From an uncultured virus (IMG/VR IMGVR_UViG_3300019287_000008) (Duplodnaviria > Heunggongvirae > Uroviricota > Caudoviricetes): a stretch of DNA of 64,000 nucleotides. Below, in pieces: positions 1 through 10,600 of the stretch (its first letter is position 1; every line of letters starts with the position of its first letter). Location of the stretch: the IMG/VR virus record IMGVR_UViG_3300019287_000008; one strand, 5' to 3'. Made by a program: the position numbers and the translations under genes. The notes below the pieces were generated by a model that did not search any database, was not told the DNA's origin, and saw only the letters and a list, made by a program, of their open reading frames with translations.

Positions 1-48
1 GTGCCCATCGCCCGCGTAGCTGCGGCGCAGGCTGCCATCGAAGAGTAA
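1..48 (+). CDS. 3' end of an upstream (probably host) gene, partial
   Basis: Open frame VPIARVAAAQAAIEE* ends at TAA 46-48 and is followed by a strong hairpin. Confidence 0.5.
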   Translation: MPIARVAAAQAAIEE

Positions 49-70
49 GCGTAACTTAACGTAATCCGAT

Positions 71-115
71 ACTTAGGCGGTAACGCTCCGATAAAAAGGA
101 GCTTACCGCCTAAGT
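71..115. terminator. Hairpin / probable terminator of the host gene
   Basis: ACTTAGGCGGTAA (71-83) pairs perfectly with TTACCGCCTAAGT (103-115); inner GCTCC/GGAGC stem. Confidence 0.65.
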
Positions 116-133
116 TGCGCTTGGGAGATTCGT

Positions 134-235
134 ACATTCTGCACGATAATCATGCAGAATGTGTCGGCAAAACTTACAAAATCGGCTATATCATTCGAGC
201 AAGGCACTTACAAGAATTTACAAACATAATTACAA
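134..235. other. Candidate attL region (core-like inverted repeat plus arm-type direct repeats)
   Basis: Inverted repeat ACATTCTGCA (134-143)/TGCAGAATGT (153-162); TTACAA at 174, 208, 218 and 230, directly upstream of the integrase. Confidence 0.4.
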
Positions 236-241
236 ACGTAA

Positions 242-1735
242 ATGGCAACATTCAAAGCAGTTGTAAGAACTCCGCGCAAGGACGGGTTCTATCAGGTCTA
301 TATTCGGGTGACACAGAACACCAAGCCGGGATATATCAAGACCGACAAGATTGTCACCAAGCAGATGGTGGACAAGCACGGCAATATCAATGACCCTTTC
401 GTGAACGAGTATTGTGCGAGAATGATATTGCTCTATACTGACAAACTCAACCGCAAGGATTGCGCAAAGTGGACAGTACGTCAGATTATCGAGTATGTGA
501 CACAAGGTGACGCTGACATCTGCTTCAGCGACTACGCACGCCACCATATCGACCGCATGGTGGACCGGTACCAGTTGCGCACGGCGCAGAACTATCGGCA
601 GGCTCTCGGACACATGGAGCGGTTCTATGGCACGAACAAAATCATGTTCGCGCAACTTACCTCAACGCAGATAACGAGGTGGATTCAGTCGCTGGAGCAT
701 ACGCACAGGGCAAAGGAGATGTACCCGGTGTGTATGAGGCAGGTGTTCAAGGCTGCGGTTGAGGAGTACAATGACTATGACAACGGCAATCTGCGCATAA
801 AGGTCAATCCGTGGGGAAAGGTAAAGATTCCACAGAGTGACCGCACGGTCAAGAAAGCTATTAGCCCGGAGGATTGCAGGCTGTTCTTTACCGCACCTCT
901 CCCGGATACACGCATGGTCGATCCGTTGCCCGAACTGGGGCGCGATGTGGCGAAGATGGTGCTGTGTCTCGCAGGCATGAACACGGTCGACATCTACGAG
1001 CTGCGCAAGGAGGATTACCGAAACGGCTGTATCTGCTACAAGAGAGCCAAGACGAAGAAGTTCCGCGCCGATGACGCTTACTTTGAGATTCGTGTCGAGC
1101 CTATCATTCAGCCTTTAGTTGAGAAATATCTGGCCGAGGCTGACGACCCCTACTTGCTGAACTTTCACAAGCGGTTCACGTCCTCGGACTCGTTCAACGC
1201 GAATGTGAACAATGGCATAAAGCAGCTCTGCAAGAGCATGGGGATACCGAAGGAGCGTTGGTACAGCGCATACACGTTCCGTCACACTTGGGGTACTGTG
1301 GCGCAGAACGACTGTGGCGCGAGCATTGCGGAGGTGGCGTTTGGTATGAATCATTCGCATGGGCATACGATAACGCGAGGCTACATCAAGATTGATTTCA
1401 CTCCGGCCTGGGAGTTGAATGCCAAAGTGATTGACTTTATCTTTTTCTCCACGGCAAAGAGCAAGCAGGGAATGGCGCGAGGGGTCGATGAGCCTGCCGA
1501 CAAGTTGTTCAGGCTTTCTCCCAAGCGGATGGTCTATGCCCGTGCCTACTTTCGCGGAGAGGTTCTTTCCGAGGTCAGCGACATCGGCTTCGGGACCGTT
1601 GATGAGGTCATCGCCCGGCTTGCCGGGCAGTTGCCCGACACAATCCCGACCGGGTGTGCCGTGCAGTTTCGCATAAAGGACGTGGACGCTGACCGCGAGG
1701 CGGTGTATGAGCGCACGAAAGGGAAAGGGTTTTAG
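242..1735 (+). CDS. int: Tyrosine recombinase / phage integrase
   Basis: N-terminal arm-binding-like segment (FYQVYIRVT), SAM-like middle region, catalytic-region motifs YKRAKT, YTFRHTW, MNH and GYIK typical of Bacteroidetes integrases. Confidence 0.9.
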   Translation: MATFKAVVRTPRKDGFYQVYIRVTQNTKPGYIKTDKIVTKQMVDKHGNINDPFVNEYCARMILLYTDKLNRKDCAKWTVRQIIEYVTQGDADICFSDYARHHIDRMVDRYQLRTAQNYRQALGHMERFYGTNKIMFAQLTSTQITRWIQSLEHTHRAKEMYPVCMRQVFKAAVEEYNDYDNGNLRIKVNPWGKVKIPQSDRTVKKAISPEDCRLFFTAPLPDTRMVDPLPELGRDVAKMVLCLAGMNTVDIYELRKEDYRNGCICYKRAKTKKFRADDAYFEIRVEPIIQPLVEKYLAEADDPYLLNFHKRFTSSDSFNANVNNGIKQLCKSMGIPKERWYSAYTFRHTWGTVAQNDCGASIAEVAFGMNHSHGHTITRGYIKIDFTPAWELNAKVIDFIFFSTAKSKQGMARGVDEPADKLFRLSPKRMVYARAYFRGEVLSEVSDIGFGTVDEVIARLAGQLPDTIPTGCAVQFRIKDVDADREAVYERTKGKGF

Positions 1736-1959
1736 CATTCGGTCAAATCAAATGCGACATATTTTCCTCCCAGTTTTGCAAGGGCGTTTATCTCTTCAGT
1801 GCCGAGGGTGCATTCCTTGACCTTGATTGTGAGAATGCCATTTTCGAGGACAGCAGATTTTTCAACGAGGGCGTGCAACTCCGAGTATCTAAGTTCGGAA
1901 GTGATGATGATGTTGGTTACGCCAACAAGAGCCTTGATTGAGTTGTAGTTTCTATTCAT
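1732..1959 (-). CDS. Hypothetical protein (75 aa)
   Basis: ORF from ATG 1959 with its own TATCTTTG promoter (1987-1994, minus strand); convergent with int. Confidence 0.6.
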   Translation of the reverse strand: MNRNYNSIKALVGVTNIIITSELRYSELHALVEKSAVLENGILTIKVKECTLGTEEINALAKLGGKYVAFDLTEC

Positions 1960-2293
1960 CGCTATATGATTTTGAAATTTCACCTGCAAAGATAGCACGC
2001 ACCCCGGCCCCCTTGCCTTTTAACTTTTGTTTTTCGCCCGACTTTGTTTCACAGCAGAGCCGGGCTTTCTCTTTTTCTTTTTGCGCGGAACTTTTTTCTT
2101 TTTCTCTTTATTGCTCCGCAGGATTACGGCGCGTCAGCCAAAAGAAAAAATCTTCAAAAAAATTTTTTAATGTCGGCGTTGTCGGAGCGAAGCGAACTAC
2201 ATCCGTCTCCTACTCCATATAAAAACTTTGATTTAAGTTTTTATTCTACATCCATATAGGAATATCCATCGCGCGCACGCGTGAAGGTTAGCG

Positions 2294-2403
2294 TTTGGTT
2301 ACACTTTGGTTTGCTTTTGGTTTTTGTTTGGTTTTATTTTGGTTTCTGTTTGGTTCTTGTTTGGTTTTATTTTGGTTTCTGTTTGGTTCTTGTTTGGTTC
2401 GGT
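2294..2403. repeat. Tandem array of ten 11-bp units TTTGGTT-N4 (iteron-like)
   Basis: Units start at 2294, 2305, 2316, 2327, 2338, 2349, 2360, 2371, 2382 and 2393; 2327-2359 and 2360-2392 are an exact 33-bp duplication. Confidence 0.9.
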
Positions 2404-2548
2404 TTCGGTTGTCGAAATGGCGGTGCAGGAAAAAGAGAAAGCGACCAATCCTCTCGAACTGGTCGCCTAAAAAAACTACAAAAATTAAGAAATGAAAAAC
2501 TATGTTGCGTCTAAAAGTAGATAAAATAGAGCGGACCGCAGGGGCGCG

Positions 2549-2980
2549 TCAGTCGTCGTCCTCGTCTGTTTCTCCGCAGAGTTCGCGTAACCGGTCCTCT
2601 ATGGTCGTGACTGAACCGCGAACGTCCATATCGACCTCAACGGCTTTCATCTTCGGTGTGTGGAACTCAAGCAGGCGCAGCTCTGCGTTGACGCGCTCGT
2701 TGGGATTGAGCGCAATCATGTCGGCCTCGAAGTCTGACATCGTGACAGGGTTGCCTTTGGAGTCAGTAAGTGGAATAAGGTCGATGACCTTGTAAACATT
2801 TCCCTCGGCGTCCTGCGTGAGGCGTTGACGCTGAATCTCACGCAATCCTCCAGTTACGGGGTCGGTCTGTACACGCGGCTCAAAGTATGCGAGGCTATGA
2901 GCGCGGAGATACCCTTTGAGCGGGTTTTCCTTGTTGGGCGTACCTTTTTGTCGCCCACCTGTTTTCTTACCTTTTGCCAT
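2549..2980 (-). CDS. terS: Probable terminase small subunit
   Basis: N-terminal MAKGKKTGGRQKGTPNK motif typical of TerS-like proteins; 143 aa from ATG 2980; promoter at 3005-3012. Confidence 0.65.
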   Translation of the reverse strand: MAKGKKTGGRQKGTPNKENPLKGYLRAHSLAYFEPRVQTDPVTGGLREIQRQRLTQDAEGNVYKVIDLIPLTDSKGNPVTMSDFEADMIALNPNERVNAELRLLEFHTPKMKAVEVDMDVRGSVTTIEDRLRELCGETDEDDD

Positions 2981-2984
2981 GATA

Positions 2985-3046
2985 CAAAACTTAAAAGTTG
3001 CCTGCAAAGATAGTGCTGTAAATTAGCGCACGAATTATAACTTTTG
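2985..3046. promoter_or_regulatory. Overlapping opposite-strand promoters for terS (-) and the ejection-protein operon (+)
   Basis: Minus: CAAAAGTTATA (3046-3036) with TATCTTTG (3012-3005). Plus: CAAAACTTAAA (2985-2995) with TAAATTAG (3019-3026). Confidence 0.6.
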
Positions 3047-3059
3047 AAACATCGCTATC

Positions 3060-3551
3060 ATGATAGGAAGTTTAGTAGGCGCAGGTTTGTCGGCTGTCGG
3101 GAGCATTTTCGGCGGTATCTCGGCAAGCAAAGCAATGAAAAAGGTCAAGAAGAATCTGCAACAGCAGAAGCAGGCGAACCAAGACTGGTATGACCGCCGA
3201 TATAATGAGGACGCGACCCAGCGTGCGGACGCACAGCGTATCCTAACCAAAACCGAGGAATCAATCCGTAACCGCAACCGACAAGCCGCCGGAGCGCAGG
3301 CTGTGATGGGTGGAACGGAAGAGAGTGTTGCGGCCGCCAAAGCCGCCAACAATCAGGCACTCGCAGACGCGACATCGCAGATTGCCGTCAATGCCGAGGC
3401 TCGCAAAGACCAGATCGAGCAGACCTATCAGCAACGTGACGCGCAGATAAATGACGCTCTGAACAATCTTGAAATAAAAAAGTCAGAAGCTATCTCGTCA
3501 GCCGTGCAGGGTGTGGCACAAGCAGGCGCAGGCATAGCAGGTGCTTTCTAA
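3060..3551 (+). CDS. Putative DNA ejection/pilot protein
   Basis: Gly/Ala-rich hydrophobic N- and C-termini around a Gln-rich coiled coil, as in podovirus internal virion proteins; first gene before the giant ORF. Confidence 0.55.
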   Translation: MIGSLVGAGLSAVGSIFGGISASKAMKKVKKNLQQQKQANQDWYDRRYNEDATQRADAQRILTKTEESIRNRNRQAAGAQAVMGGTEESVAAAKAANNQALADATSQIAVNAEARKDQIEQTYQQRDAQINDALNNLEIKKSEAISSAVQGVAQAGAGIAGAF

Positions 3552-3564
3552 TCCTTTGTGACAT

Positions 3565-4602
3565 ATGGCAGGATATACTGAAGAACAATATGAGCAGAGC
3601 CAAGCTGCCACCCCAGCCACCGTGGGTGCTGTCAGTACGTCCGGCTCTCAGCCGCAGAGTGAACAGCCTGCGGTATCAACCGACACCGAACACGAAACGC
3701 CTGCTGTTTCTCCCGAACAGCAACAGCGCGTGGACGCTACCGCAGGTACTGACCGACAAATCAAGACCATTCAAGACTGGATGGACGCGGAGGGCAACCG
3801 CCCCGAAACCGAGGAAGAGCGAAAGAAGCGTGAGCGCAGGGAGAAATCCAAGCGTATTATCGCTGCTGTCAGTGACGGCATATCGGCGTTGAGCAATCTG
3901 TATTTTACATCGCAGTATGCTCCCGATATGTACAACCATGAGAAAGGGAGCATGACTAATGCCGTTGACGCACGCCTTGAACGTCTGAAAGCGGAGCGTG
4001 AGAAGAATGCCGACAAGTATCTGCAATTCTCGCTCAAACTCGGAGACCTTGAAAATGAGCGTGCCAAGACCTTGCGCGAACTGGAAGCACAGCAGGAGCG
4101 TCAGAAACTGGCACGCGAAAAGGCTCAACGAGAGGCAGAGGCGCACGGATGGCTTGCAGCTCTGCAACCTGACAAACAGCGCGAGCAGGCAGGCAAGGCC
4201 AACCGAGCCGAGCAGGAAGCTATCACAGCGAAAGCAGAAGCCGAGGCAGCTCCCGAACTCCAGCAGGCTAAAATCGCCACCGAAAAAGCGAGAAAAGGCA
4301 GTTTGGACGCTTCGGCCGCCAACTCTCGCGCCTCTGCGGCTGCACACGGCCGCTCCAATCAAAATGAGTTCTCTGCATGGGATGAGCATGGCAACGAGCA
4401 TAAGTTTCGCACAAGAGAAGCCGCAGAAGCCTATGCCAAACAGCACGGCACATGGAAAGAAGAGGACGAAACGGAAACAACGACAACCGAAACAAGGCGC
4501 ACGCCCGAATCCAAGCCTCAAAAGCGTACATCGACCAAGACCACGAAAGGCGGTCATGCAGGCAAACCCAGCCCCACCGGCAGACAATCTCCAACCGCAT
4601 AA
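3565..4602 (+). CDS. Putative internal virion/ejection protein
   Basis: 345-aa charged coiled-coil protein in the same operon. Confidence 0.5.
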   Translation: MAGYTEEQYEQSQAATPATVGAVSTSGSQPQSEQPAVSTDTEHETPAVSPEQQQRVDATAGTDRQIKTIQDWMDAEGNRPETEEERKKRERREKSKRIIAAVSDGISALSNLYFTSQYAPDMYNHEKGSMTNAVDARLERLKAEREKNADKYLQFSLKLGDLENERAKTLRELEAQQERQKLAREKAQREAEAHGWLAALQPDKQREQAGKANRAEQEAITAKAEAEAAPELQQAKIATEKARKGSLDASAANSRASAAAHGRSNQNEFSAWDEHGNEHKFRTREAAEAYAKQHGTWKEEDETETTTTETRRTPESKPQKRTSTKTTKGGHAGKPSPTGRQSPTA

Positions 4603-4614
4603 TCATAATCCACT

Positions 4615-7600
4615 ATGGCAGAAGATAAAGTAACCAATCTATATAACGCATTTGTCAAGAACGGCTATGCGATGGAGCCAGAGGCGCAGTTCCGCGAGAA
4701 CCTCAAAGACCCCAAGAAGCGCAAAGCCGCTTATGACGCTCTTGTTGCTGACGGCTACAACATGGAACCGTTCGCCGACTTTGAGAGCAATATCGGATTT
4801 GGCGCACCTACACCTGCGCCTGCGCCCACCGCCCCGACACCACAACAGCAGGCTCAACCTGCCGCGACCGCAGCCCCTACTTCCGTACCTGCTTCGGCAA
4901 CTGCGGAAGAGCAAGAGCAGGCACCGGTCCAGTCTCAACCCGAACAGGCTGCATGGCAACCCTCCGAGCAGGAGAAGATACGAATGTCGTATCAGATTCA
5001 CACCATGCTCAACGATTTCAATCAGCGTTCAAGAGAGCGTATTGCACAAGTTCAACGCATGACCGAGCCGCTCACAGCCGAGGGCAGGAAGAAGAGAGCC
5101 GCCAAGAAGTTCCAAGCGCAACTCGCAGGGACTAAAACGACCGCAGGATTGGGTCTTAATGTTCCATCTGGTCAAATTTATGACGGCGGTTCGCCACAGC
5201 CTTATGGAGTGGAGTATGTTGACGGCAAGCCAGTAACCCAGTGGCTCATGCCCGATGGCAGTCTGACCACAAGCCAGTTCGCGGCTGACCGCGCCGAGGA
5301 TACCGCTCGTAAAAATCGCCTGCGACACCAGTTCGAGAACCGCATGAAACAGAACGGACTTGACCCTGCCAAGCCCGAAGATGTGGAGATGCAGGCGCAG
5401 TATGACGCACAGGCCCCTGCCTATGATGCCGTGGCAGAACTTTGGCAGGAAGCCGAGGAAAAGCACAAGGCAGACAAAGAGCGCAATGCCGACCGCGAAT
5501 GGAGCAATTATGCCGCTATGGGCGGTGGGCGTGAAATGCGCATCGTTACAACGGCTGCAAACCGCCACGCCGACAATATTTCACACATGACACGCTTTGA
5601 CCTTCAGAAGATGATGGACAATGCGTGGGCGCGTGCAGGCTCAAAGGTTACCGCCAACTGCTACAACCGCCTGCGTCAGCAATATCCTGACGCATCCGAA
5701 GAGGAATTGCAGACAACCGCATCGCAGATGGCACGCCAGTTGACCGACAATGCCGTGTATCAGTATGCCGTTCAGCAGAACACGCCCAAAAGCACACTGG
5801 AATACTTCGGTCGTACAGTCGCCGACATGAACGTGATTAACTCGATCAGCAAAGGTCTTGCCCGAAGCCAAGCAGGAACGAGTGGCGACCTTGCAGCTTA
5901 TGAGGCCGCTATGGGTGAGTATGGCAAGAATCACCGAGTAGCGCAGATTGCAGGCACCGTTACCGGCATGGCTGTTGACCCGGTGACATGGGTGTCGGGC
6001 GGTGTCGGCTCACTCGCAGGCAAAGGAGCAATCAATATCGGCGGTCGTATTGTAGCAGGCAGAGCCGCCACGTCAATGAGTACGCAGTTAGGCTCACGTA
6101 TCTTCTCGTCCTCACTCACTGGTCGTATAATCACAGGGGCAGCCGCAGGCGGTGGTAACTTCGCCACATACGAAATGCTGAAAGAGGGCGAGAGCCAGTT
6201 CCTACACGGCGGTCACATCAACTCCGAAACTGGAGAAAACGAGGGCTATTCAGCCGGAGCAATGTTGAGCGCAGGCGGTCATGGTCTCGTCCTCGGTAGC
6301 GTGACAGGCACATTGTCGCCCATGATAGGCAATGTCGCTGACAAAACGGTCAAGGCAACCACCTCCACAGCAGCCAAGGCAGGCGTGCGCCTCGGTGAGG
6401 TTGCGGTATCGACCCTTGCCGAGGGTACTATATTCTCCGTTCCCGAATGGATAAACGGCGATTCCGATGCAATGGACGTGTGGACTGACAACATGGCCAT
6501 GATGCTTGGGTTCAAGGTAAGTCACGGGGTCAAGAGCGCACCGCGAGTTATCGCCAGTCTGCGCCCAGTCAAGCCAGTTGGCGGCCGACCGCTGACGCAG
6601 GCAGAGCGCAACCACAACCGCATGGACTTCGAGGAACGTCTGCGCAGGAATTTGGACGCAAGTCCGAGCGACTTGTCGTTTACATCCGATGAGCGTGAAG
6701 AGTTGCGCAGAGCAGGCTATGGCGAACTCGCCGACTTGTTCAGCCGTGACCGAGTGCAGGAAGTCCAGCGACCCGACATTGACCCTGCCGAGGGCGCGAT
6801 CGAGTTGAGAGCCGAGCGCGTTGAGGCTGAAACAATCAGTCGCAATCCCGAATTTGACGGCTATTCCTCAATGGAAGAACTCATGCAGGACGGAAGAGTC
6901 AGCCAGTCCGCACGCGCAAAAGCCTACTACATTCTTACAGGGCGCAGACTTCCGATGGCTTCCGTTACTGGTTACACCACAAATAAGGACGCTGACGGAC
7001 GTGTGACCGTCAACTCCATAGCCGCCAATGGCGAGGTTGTTACCAGTCGCACGTTCAAGAACGAGCAGGAAGCCAAGCAGGAAACCGACAACATCATGCG
7101 TCAGGCAGAACTCAACTCGGTTGACGTTGGTGAACGATACAAGGAAGCCGTTGCCGATGACATGGTGCTTGATGCCGCTATCAGCGAGGTGTCGCCCGGC
7201 GCAGACCCTGCAACAATCAAGAAGATATATCGTGCGGTCAAGGCAGGGAATAAGGACGTGACGGAATCGCAGGTGCAGTTGGTTGAGTTTCTTGATGACG
7301 CTATCGGCCGCAACAAGGAGATTGCCGACAAGTACCGCCCCGAAGCAATCCGTGCGGAACTGATGAACGAGACCGGGATTGATGTGGACGTAGTACTGCG
7401 TAAAATGCCGGGCAAGCGCACCGAGGTTGAGCAGGCGGCTGTCAAATCGTATCTTGAACGGCTCTTTCCCGAAGAGGCCCGACAGCAGAACGCAGACCCT
7501 ACCCCGGAGCAGGCAGAGGCGCAGAACCGATATGAGCAGGGTCGCCTGCTGTACGGACGCTTTGAAGAGGGAGACCCGACCGTGCAGGCTGATGTGGATG

Positions 7601-10600
7601 CTATCGCCCTGCGTATGCAGGAAGCATACCAAGCGGTTGAGGACGCGTTCGGAGCAGAAGCCGAATATTATATGTTCCATGTCAACGAAAATCCGTGGGC
7701 ATTGGTAAACGACCCCGAACTTACTGCCGAACAGCAGGACGCAGTTCTATACTACATCAACGCAAAGGCGGCTCTTGACGGCGTTATGGACGCTTCCAAC
7801 GAGGTGGCCGACCGAAAGCGTGCAGAGGTTGAGCAGTCAGTAGGCAAGCGCACCCACAAGGATAACGGCATAATTATCCCTGCGACCATGAAGGTCGATG
7901 ACCGACAGGTGTATGTTGTCAAAGGCGATGTTGTAATGTTCCCCGATGGCTCAGCCGTTGATGTGCGCAACTCTTCGGAGAGTGTCGTTGTCATGGACGC
8001 GCAGACTGGAGAGTATGAATTTACATCGCCTGATCAAATCTTCAAAGTATCGGAGGCTGTAAATCCACAGGACGAACTGGACACCGCATTGTCGGTGATT
8101 GAGCAGGAGCAGATGAGTGTGTTCGGTCAGAATGCCATTGCACCCGAAGAGCCTGCCGAGGGCGAAGCACCCATTGACCAATCCGCAGATGTATCCCCGG
8201 AGCCTGCCCCCGAAACAGCCAGTACCGAAGAATATGACCGAGGCTATGAGCAGGGATTGGAAGAAGCTGCAAAGGCTGATGACGCATGGGTTGCGAACCT
8301 TATCAAGATATACAGCCAAAACACGCCCGAATCAATGCCAGAGACCATGAAAGGTCGGTTGGACGCATTCCTCTATGAGCAACAGCGCAGGGCGCAGAGT
8401 GTTCCCGAAATGCCCGAAAACGTTCCCAATCCTACGGAAAACTCCGTTTCAGATGCTGAAATCGCGCCCGAAACGGTCTCAAGTGTAGAAAACGGACAGC
8501 AAACCGCGCTGTCTCGCATTCCTCTCAATGAGCAGGGAGAGCCGAGGTTTGAAGCCGTTGACAAGGACACGGCCTGGGATGGGTTAGTTGAGGCTGTCGG
8601 GGGTGAGACTGATGCTGTTGACATAGCTATGGCGCAGGTTCAGCAGGCAAGCACTGACCTTGAGGCACTGAAAAAGAAACCGCCAACGCTGAAAGCACCC
8701 AAACTGAAAGGTTCGCCCATGGCCATGGCGCAGGCAAAGCGCGAGGCAGCCGAGCAGTATCAGCGCGACCTCGCCCAGTACAATCAACAGATTGCCGACA
8801 CGGAGGCTCGCCTTGCTACATGGAACGGCATTGTGGGTATCTATACCTCGCGCAATGCCGAGCTGCGCCGTCAGCAGGAAGAGGAACGCCGTCAGCGTGA
8901 CGCTATCGCCCACGATGAAGCTGTCGCACGATTTGAAGAGGAACAGCGTATCAAGGCAGAGAAGCAAGCCGAGCAGGAGCGCATAGGTGTTCACGCTGTC
9001 AATCCGAAGATACGCGAGCGTTGGGAGTCCGCTCCTAAGGTGGAGGGTAACGAGGACGCTCTGACCCTGCCCGACGGCTCTACTATCTCCGGCAGATACA
9101 TTCTGACCGAGGCAGGAGCCGCCTCGCCGAGCCATGATGTGAACAATGCTTATGCACCCACCGAGGGTTTCCCGATTGATGAGAACGGCCAAAGCGTCAA
9201 CGACCGCGACTATCAGCGTGATAAGGACGCACAGCAGAAAGTTGAGGGTATGGCAGGCAACTATGACAACCGCGCCCTGCAAGACCCAGTAATAGTGAGC
9301 AAGGACGGCGTGGTGCTGTCGGGCAACAATCGCACCATGTCGGGCGACCTCGCAGCGCGTCAAGGCACAGATAGGGCATACAATGACTACCTCGCGCAGT
9401 TCGGACACAAGAAATACGGCTTTACCCCGGAGCAGGTGGCAAGTATGAAGAATCCTCGCGTGGTGTTTGTGCCGGACGAGGCTCTGCCTTACGATGCCAC
9501 CACCTTTGCACGCTTCAACGCGCAGGAGAAGAAATCGCAGGGCAAACCAGAAGCCGCCGTCAAACTCGGCAAGATTGTTCCCTACAATGTTTTCACAAGC
9601 ATTGTCAACGATATCAGCCGCTATGACCGCCTTTCGGACTACTATGCCGATGAGAAAGCGATTGCTCACGCACTGGGCGCACTCATGCAGGCAGGAGTCA
9701 TCAACGATATGCAAATGCCCGAAATGAGAACCGGCACAGCGTTGTCGGCCGCAGGCAAGGAACTGATTGAAAATACACTCATCGGCAAGGTGTTCCAAAC
9801 CTCGCCCGATGCAGTGCGTCAGATAATCTCTATGCCGACACTTCGCCAGTCAATCGTTATGGGATTGAATGAGATTGCCAATAACCGCACTCTTGCCCGA
9901 AACGGCTACGACATCAGCGAGGAACTTGCAAAGGCTGTAGACCTTGTTACTCGCGCCAAGGCCGCTATGCCGGACGTATATACCGATGGAATGCCAGTGT
10001 CGCCCTTCGGACGTATGCAGGGATTGTTTGATGATGAGTTTGGAGACAGCCGTGTCGCTGACGCGACCGCACTCCTGCTTGCAGACATTCTCAACAGCGG
10101 TAAGCCGAGCGACCTGCGCAAGGTGCTGACCTCATACAACAACGAGGCTGCACAAGCTTCGGGCGGTCAGATGGATATGTTCTCCGGCTCGATCCCCACA
10201 AAAGAAGAAATACTCACAACCGTAAATGAACATTTCAGAAATGCAACCCCAAAAGAACAGCAGGCACTCGTGGACGCTGCCATTGCGGAGCGCAAGCGCA
10301 GAGCCGAAGCAGACGCAGAACAGCGTGAACGAAGCGAGGCAAGTGAACAAACTCCGAATGATGATGAACGCAGTGCAGTGCCTCAACAGCCAACCGCAGA
10401 CGGCGGCACAGAGTTAGAACCGCTTGCCAAAGAGCGCAACGACATTCACGAAGATACGCCCGAAGAGGCCGCACTCCGCGCACGAATCAGCGTGGGCGAT
10501 GAATGGGAAGAGAAAGGCCCCGCGCCCGACAAACCCATCTACAAACGTAAACTCTACGTTGACGGCAAGCATGAGGTCATCCAAACTGACGCTCCCGACA

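Noticed and set aside
168..178. CAAAACTTACA as a ninth copy of the promoter motif
   Set aside because: No TAnnTTTG at the 28-nt spacing; better explained as one of the TTACAA repeats.
2294..2403. Possible CRISPR array, or the 66-77 aa F/L/V/W/G-rich ORFs over the repeat
   Set aside because: Units are 11 bp with no unique spacers and no cas genes; the ORFs are translations of the T/G-rich repeat.
8584..9798. 404-aa antisense ORF (and similar long shadow ORFs such as 3676-4587 and 6868-7680)
   Set aside because: Antisense to clear genes with no recognisable motifs; expected from codon bias.
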